From contig JBBQRQ010000006.1 of NCBI GenBank assembly GCA_038214755.1, positions 1 through 64,000 of the forward strand: a stretch of 64,000 nt of DNA. Direction: 5' to 3'. Shown one piece after another: positions 58,769 to 64,000 of this stretch. The notes below the pieces were generated by a model. The model was not told the DNA's origin. It worked only from the letters and a program-made list of their open reading frames with translations, and searched no databases. The position numbers and the translations under genes are program-made. How positions within the stretch are numbered: position 1 is the stretch's first letter; each line of letters begins with the position of its first letter. The stretch comes from Verrucomicrobiota bacterium (GTDB taxonomy: Bacteria > Verrucomicrobiota > Verrucomicrobiia > Limisphaerales > CANJXF01).

Positions 58769-59334
58769 AAATGGCTAGAACTGGTTTCATAAGTCTCCAC
58801 CGCCCCGTAGCCGCCGACGTGAAGAGGCGGTTTGGCCAAGTTTTCCCAAGTCCGCCTCTCCACGAACCTCAAGGTAGGGCGCGTCACTCCGTGCGCGCCG
58901 GGGTGCCACACGACCAAGGGTGGCACGCACGGAGTGACGCGCCCTACCAACCCAGTTCTCCGCAAAATATTCGCGCGTCTGGCAAAAAGGAACGCGGCTT
59001 TCTCATGGTTGATTTGCTGGTGGGAATTTCGATTTTAGCCATTGCGATTTTGCCACTGGCGTTTTCGTTCACGCGCCAGACGCGATTGTTGCGCGATGAA
59101 TATTTCCGCGCTGCCGCCATGGAAATCGTCGATGGCGAAATGGAGATTCTGGCAGCAGGCGAAGGTAAAAATTTTCCCGAGGGCGTCCAAACTTACGAAG
59201 TTCATTCCGCCACGGTTACGAATTTGCCGCCCGGCAAATTCCAACTGACCAAGACGGCCTCTCATTTGCGGCTCGAATGGAAAGCAGACAAGCGACGCGA
59301 CAGCAGCGTCGTTCGCGAGGTGACGCTTAAATGA
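58765..59334 (+). CDS. Pilin/pseudopilin with a leader peptide expanded by repeats
   Basis: KKERG|FLMVDLLVGISILAIAIL; ATG 58765 overlaps the previous stop (ATGA). Confidence 0.75.
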   Translation: MKMARTGFISLHRPVAADVKRRFGQVFPSPPLHEPQGRARHSVRAGVPHDQGWHARSDAPYQPSSPQNIRASGKKERGFLMVDLLVGISILAIAILPLAFSFTRQTRLLRDEYFRAAAMEIVDGEMEILAAGEGKNFPEGVQTYEVHSATVTNLPPGKFQLTKTASHLRLEWKADKRRDSSVVREVTLK

Positions 59335-59825
59335 AATTGCCCGTTTCCAATTCGTGTTCCCGCGCCGGATTTTTGCTCATCGAATGTCTGGTTTACATGT
59401 CGGTGCTGGCGATCATTCTCGGAATTGGTTTCGCCGCATTTTATCGTTGCTTGGAAAATTCAAAAACTCTGCGTTACGCGACAGATGACATGGCCGCAGC
59501 ATTGCGGAGCGGTGAACGTTGGCGGGCGGACATCCGAGGTGCGACCGGGAAAATCATTGTCGAAACAACTCCCGACGAACAAATTTTACGCATTCCTCGC
59601 GGAACAAACGTGGTGCTTTATCATTTTAGCGCCAACCAGATTCATCGAAATAGTTCATTGGCCAATTCCTTCGAGCTAATTTTGCAGAAAGTGAAAACAT
59701 CGCGCATGGAAAAACAAACGCGCGGCCCGGTCACGGCATGGCGTTGGGAAATGGAGTTATCGCCGCGCCGAGGAAAAACCAAACTGCGGCCCATGTTCAC
59801 GTTCGAAGCTGTTTCTTCCGAATGA
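59331..59825 (+). CDS. Pilin/pseudopilin
   Basis: RAG|FLLIECLVYMSVLAIILG class III signal. Confidence 0.85.
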   Translation: MKLPVSNSCSRAGFLLIECLVYMSVLAIILGIGFAAFYRCLENSKTLRYATDDMAAALRSGERWRADIRGATGKIIVETTPDEQILRIPRGTNVVLYHFSANQIHRNSSLANSFELILQKVKTSRMEKQTRGPVTAWRWEMELSPRRGKTKLRPMFTFEAVSSE

Positions 59826-60046
59826 AGATTTTCCGATCCAACTTCAAAAACAGAAAACATCGCGCTCAATGTCGCGGCTCGGCCGTGATCGTTTTTCTGG
59901 CGCTGCTCGGAATCATGCTCCTGCTGATTGCGGCCAGCGACAAAGCGATTTTCCATTTTCAACGCGAATTGAAGCTGACGGAACAACGGCAGATTCAACG
60001 ATTGAATTCTCAAACGAATGCGCCGGCAAAAACTTCCGAAAAATAA
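59822..60046 (+). CDS. Small PilX/GspK-like pseudopilin
   Basis: RG|SAVIVFLALLGIMLLLI, no Glu at +5; ATGA overlap. Confidence 0.65.
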   Translation: MKIFRSNFKNRKHRAQCRGSAVIVFLALLGIMLLLIAASDKAIFHFQRELKLTEQRQIQRLNSQTNAPAKTSEK

Positions 60047-60053
60047 TTTCTCC

Positions 60054-60332
60054 ATGAGCGGCAAAGACTCCATTGCTAAAATCGAAATGCTGAAAAATTC
60101 GCTGCGCTGTTTCGTTTTTGGTTTGGTTGGCCTTCTTCCAATTATCGGTTTTCCATTCGCAATCGTCTCGCTGCTTTTTTCGGCAAAAGTCCGCACCGGA
60201 CAAAAGCATTTCTGGAATGCGGCGCGTCCCTACTGGATTGGCGGACTTGTTTTCAGTGGGTTGGGAATTTTATTTTCGCTCACGTTAGCCGGAATTATTT
60301 TCTTCCACGCGGAACTCGAACTTCGGCAATGA
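60054..60332 (+). CDS. Small membrane protein (DUF4190-like)
   Basis: S..CFVFGL.GL.P.IG.PFA plus a second TM helix. Confidence 0.6.
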   Translation: MSGKDSIAKIEMLKNSLRCFVFGLVGLLPIIGFPFAIVSLLFSAKVRTGQKHFWNAARPYWIGGLVFSGLGILFSLTLAGIIFFHAELELRQ

Positions 60333-60570
60333 GTGATAAACGGTTCTTCGACATCTTCAGTGGAATAGAAGCCGGTTGTTCCCAAAAAGCGGTGGAGGAC
60401 CACCGCAGTCCAAGACGCTGTCGCGCGATTCATGCACCATCGAAATTCGCGCGAGCGTCTTGGACTGCGGTGGCCCTCCACCGCTCTTGTCACGGAGACC
60501 TCAAAGCTTCGCGGTTGATGGTGAAGAAAACTTGTCTCAACTTCTTTGATGGTTAATCTCGCGCCTCAAA

Positions 60571-61356
60571 ATGGAAGTCATCATTCAGCCCGACCACGCA
60601 GCCGCCGCCCAACTCGTCGCGAACATCGTCGCCAAAGATTTGCGCGCCAATCCGCAAATGGTTTTGGGTCTCGCCACCGGCCGCACGATGGAATCGGTTT
60701 ACGCATTGCTCGCGACAATGCATCGCGAGGAGAAACTGGATTTCTCCCGCGCCAAAAGTTTTAACCTCGACGAATATGTTGGCCTCGCCGGGACCGACCC
60801 GCATTCCTATCGCTACTACATGAATCAACAGTTGTTCAGTCGTGTGAATATCAAATTGGAGAACACGTTTTTGCCCAATGGCGTCGCTGATGATTTGGAC
60901 GCTGAATGTGCGAGTTACGAAAAGAAAATTACCGACCTCGGCGGAATTGATCTCCAACTATTGGGAATTGGGAAATCAGGTCACATCGGTTTTAACGAAC
61001 CGCTTTCCGCGCTGTTCTCGCGCACGCGAGTGAAACCGCTTTCGCCCGCGACCCGAGAACAAAACTCCGGTCTCTTCGAGCGACCCGAACAGATGCCGCG
61101 CCGCGCGATCACGATGGGCGTCGGAACAATTCTCGATGCGCGCCGCTGCATCCTGCTCGCGACGGGGGCTGAAAAAGCCGACATCATCGCCAAAGCTGTG
61201 GAAGGCCCGATTACCTCGATGATTTCCGCAACGGCGCTGCAACTGCATCGCCGCTGCACCGTCATCGTGGATGAATCGGCTGCCACGAAATTGCAAGGCG
61301 CAGATTATTACCGCTGGGTTTTCGCGAACGAGCCGGAGTGGCAGGAGTTTCAGTAA
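60571..61356 (+). CDS. nagB: Glucosamine-6-phosphate deaminase
   Basis: LGLATG.T, FNLDEYVGL, GGIDLQLLGIG..GHIGFNEP and AITMG.GTI. Confidence 0.95.
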   Translation: MEVIIQPDHAAAAQLVANIVAKDLRANPQMVLGLATGRTMESVYALLATMHREEKLDFSRAKSFNLDEYVGLAGTDPHSYRYYMNQQLFSRVNIKLENTFLPNGVADDLDAECASYEKKITDLGGIDLQLLGIGKSGHIGFNEPLSALFSRTRVKPLSPATREQNSGLFERPEQMPRRAITMGVGTILDARRCILLATGAEKADIIAKAVEGPITSMISATALQLHRRCTVIVDESAATKLQGADYYRWVFANEPEWQEFQ

Positions 61357-61405
61357 TACGTTCGAGACGTTGCGTTTTCCGTTTCGTTCTCAAATCGGAA
61401 TAAAA

Positions 61406-61804
61406 CTATTCCTCCAAAACTAACTTTCGCTCCGCTACTACGCGATCAAATCCACGGTTACTAATTATCATTGGAAGCCAACTCGACGCAAAGACAAGTC
61501 CGGCTATCAAAAAAAACATTAAGCGGCGTTTTTTGAAGCCGGCAATAATTCCGAGTAATGAACAAAAACTTCCGAAAACGCCAGTACCTGTTGAAATAAG
61601 ACCGAGCCAAAGAGTAGTGCCCATTGGTCGAATCCCGTTTCCGGGTGAAAGTGTGGCGGCATTTTTTGAAAATCCGGACAAGATATAAGAATTAGCAACC
61701 AACGCTAACGCAATAACTATACAAGGTCGCCAAATCCACGCCAACTCACCTGTTTTTCGGGTTGAGGAAACTCGTAGTAATGGAGGAGGTTGCATGACGC
61801 ACAA
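61406..61804 (-). CDS. Hypothetical membrane protein
   Basis: Three hydrophobic segments; AT-richer than its neighbours. Confidence 0.5.
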   Translation of the reverse strand: MCVMQPPPLLRVSSTRKTGELAWIWRPCIVIALALVANSYILSGFSKNAATLSPGNGIRPMGTTLWLGLISTGTGVFGSFCSLLGIIAGFKKRRLMFFLIAGLVFASSWLPMIISNRGFDRVVAERKLVLEE

Positions 61805-61816
61805 TACAGAATCTCT

Positions 61817-62716
61817 CTAAACTGATTTCTTCGCCAACTCCGCCTTGATTTCCAAAATCATTTTCTCCAACTGCCGACCGTATTTCACGTAGCTGTTGTA
61901 AACGATTTTGTCGTCGGCTTTCACGGAGGCGTCGTGGAAAACGACGGCGACGTGCGGCTCGATGGAGATTCCCGCATCGTAGCCGCGTGAAAATGCGTCC
62001 TTCAAAATATCGCGCACTCGGCCTTTTCCTTCCCCGGGGTAATTGTAATCCGCATCGTTCTTCGCCGGGTTCCAAGTCGCGTCTTTGACGTGAATGTGCG
62101 CGGTGTGATCGCGCAGGTGCGTCCAGAATTCCCACGGATCTTGTTTGCTCCACGGTTTCGGTTTGCTGCGGTCATTGTTGAAAATCGGGTTGGCGGTGTC
62201 GAAAACCCATTTCAAACCGGGAACTTTTTCGAGCAACTCAAGTCCATGCTGCCAACTCATCCCGCCGTAGTTCATGCAATTTTCGTGAACAGGCTGGATG
62301 CCGGCATCAAGAAACATTTTCGTCACGTCGCGGATGCGTTCAAAAACCACGGCGGGCGTTTTGTCTTCCTCGTCCTTCGGCTTGAAACTCATGATGCGCA
62401 CAAATTTCGTGCCGAGCTTCTGCATTCGCGGGATGCAACGTTTCACTTCGCCCGCGGTGACATCCCACGGCGTGTCCACATTTTTCCCCCAATTGGCAAT
62501 GGCGGAACCAAACGCGTAAACGCTGATGCCATTTTGATTTAATTTTTCGACGGCGATGTCGAATGCCGCGTCAGGAATGTCGTGAAAATTTCCTTTCGGA
62601 AAACCCGGCACTTCGACTGTGCGCATCTCGAGATGTTTCCAGCCCAGTTCTTTCGTCGCTTTGATTTGCGCGTCGATATTCGCGCCCGCTTCGTCGCCAA
62701 TTCCTGTGAGAGTCAT
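61817..62716 (-). CDS. Sugar phosphate isomerase/epimerase (AP-endonuclease-2 TIM barrel)
   Basis: GIGDEA, HEN, FDTAN, HIHVKD and ISIEPH. Confidence 0.88.
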   Translation of the reverse strand: MTLTGIGDEAGANIDAQIKATKELGWKHLEMRTVEVPGFPKGNFHDIPDAAFDIAVEKLNQNGISVYAFGSAIANWGKNVDTPWDVTAGEVKRCIPRMQKLGTKFVRIMSFKPKDEEDKTPAVVFERIRDVTKMFLDAGIQPVHENCMNYGGMSWQHGLELLEKVPGLKWVFDTANPIFNNDRSKPKPWSKQDPWEFWTHLRDHTAHIHVKDATWNPAKNDADYNYPGEGKGRVRDILKDAFSRGYDAGISIEPHVAVVFHDASVKADDKIVYNSYVKYGRQLEKMILEIKAELAKKSV

Positions 62717-62719
62717 ATT

Positions 62720-62977
62720 TTAAAAACGAATTTTCTGAATATTTACGATGCGTACTTCCGAGACGAATGCGTCGGGCCAAAACGTTATGAGAAAAGGTCG
62801 CGTTGCCCAAATTGAAAGAGTTCGTCCAGTGGAATCTTTGCTCTGATAGTCTGGTCGTCGGTTTGGATTATTCCTTAATTGATCAAACGCCGAGAAAAGT
62901 TTGCGTCGTTCGCCAGCGGAGACAGAAACGAAATACTGAAATGCTGCTTCATCGAGAACCAGTTTCCAGTCCATCAC
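62720..62977 (-). CDS. RelE/ParE-like toxin (putative)
   Basis: 85 aa; L..NP...PDY..KD.TGR; F.IT.W.D..V.EVRI; overlaps the upstream small gene. Confidence 0.6.
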   Translation of the reverse strand: MMDWKLVLDEAAFQYFVSVSAGERRKLFSAFDQLRNNPNRRPDYQSKDSTGRTLSIWATRPFLITFWPDAFVSEVRIVNIQKIRF

Positions 62978-63186
62978 AATCCTTCGGATTCCAGAGTTTC
63001 GTGAACGCGATGGACTTGTTCGAGAGTTACTTTTTTGCCCGCATCCATGCGGTTCATTCGCTCAGCCAGCATGGCTTGGTAAGCGGGATCACTCTCCTGT
63101 GCGCGATGCTGCAAATAAGCCGCCGCGAAAAACCTTTCTTCATCGGTCAACTTGTCGATGCTGTCTTTAATTTCCGAAGTCGTCAT
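62974..63186 (-). CDS. Addiction-module antitoxin (putative)
   Basis: 70 aa; EI...I.KL..EER and ..R...MDAG..V..E.V. Confidence 0.6.
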   Translation of the reverse strand: MTTSEIKDSIDKLTDEERFFAAAYLQHRAQESDPAYQAMLAERMNRMDAGKKVTLEQVHRVHETLESEGL

Positions 63187-63387
63187 AAATCAAAAGTAAT
63201 TTTTCCAAGCAGGTTTCGCAAGCGCAGTGTCGTCTCGTGGCGGCGGACGTCTCGCCTGCCGTGGAGGGCGGGCGTCTCGCCCCCCGATTGGATTGGCAGG
63301 TTTGAATGCGGCTGAAACAGTCACGCAACTCCGCCGGGCTGGAAGCCACGGCTCTACGGCAGGCAGAGGATGCCCGCCGCTACAAAA

Positions 63388-64000
63388 TTAACGATTGCCC
63401 GCAAATGATTTGGTGAAATCTTCGCCCACTGCAGCCTTCACCACTTTTTTCTCGAACTTCGATTCAGCCATCAGTTGATTCAATTTCTTTTCGTAAGCCG
63501 CGGCGTCCAGCGGCATGTCAATCGTCTGGCCGAGCAACGATGAATACAAAATCGCGTTGGCCAATTCCACCGACCACACGCCTTCTTCTGCCGGCGCAAT
63601 CAATGGCGCGCCGTCGAGAATGGCATCGACGAAATTTTGCGCGATGTCCTCGTGTTTTCCGCCGCTGTTTTCAATTGGAATTTCCACGTTCCAGATTTCG
63701 GGTCGGGCGAAACCGGCCGTCGCTGTTTTGCTGAATAGCAACATTGAAACTTCGTTGCGCGTGAAACTTATTTTCCCGTGTTCTACGACAATTTTCCCGC
63801 GCTCGCCCGCGATTTCCAAACGGTTCGTTCCGGGCGCTTCTCCAGTGGAAGTGATGAAGCAACCTGTCGCGCCACTCGAATATTCAAAGTAGGCCGTCAC
63901 GTTGTCCTCCACTTCGATGTCGTGATAGCGGCCGAGTTGGCAGAAGCCGCGCACTTTGTTTGGCCGACCGCAAAGCCACTGCAAAATATCCAGGTTGTGC
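63388..64000 (-). CDS. Gfo/Idh/MocA oxidoreductase, C-terminal part (runs off the window)
   Basis: H..D..QWLCG; IEVED..TA; STGE.PG.NRLEI.GE.G; F.DAI..G. Confidence 0.88.
   Translation of the reverse strand, partial: HNLDILQWLCGRPNKVRGFCQLGRYHDIEVEDNVTAYFEYSSGATGCFITSTGEAPGTNRLEIAGERGKIVVEHGKISFTRNEVSMLLFSKTATAGFARPEIWNVEIPIENSGGKHEDIAQNFVDAILDGAPLIAPAEEGVWSVELANAILYSSLLGQTIDMPLDAAAYEKKLNQLMAESKFEKKVVKAAVGEDFTKSFAGNR

Overview
Bacterial chromosome segment, most likely Verrucomicrobia (Pedosphaera-like). The evidence is DUF1592/PSD, prepilin H-X9-DG and HEAT/heme-binding proteins, plus Ig/LamG and repeat proteins ending in an FYR C-terminal motif. Housekeeping genes include purB, pheS, rpsT, ppaC, a waaF-like gene, nagB and tRNA-Arg(TCT). 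Around them are accessory surface and carbohydrate genes, a minimal PilB/PilC/pilin operon, three toxin-antitoxin pairs and many palindromic REP/MITE-like repeats, some nested and some inside coding frames. The main feature is a complete type II-C CRISPR-Cas locus: a minus-strand tracrRNA, cas9-cas1-cas2 and a 5-repeat array. Between cas9 and cas1 there is a second, solitary partial repeat with its own terminator. The guide-like segment next to it matches (19/24, 9-nt seed) a site about 200 bp away in the same intergenic region, which suggests a Cas9-guided regulatory or CreTA-like module. Separately, an ORF6N gene carries inside its coding sequence a copy of the palindrome found just upstream of it. 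All product names come from motif recognition by eye; no database search was run.
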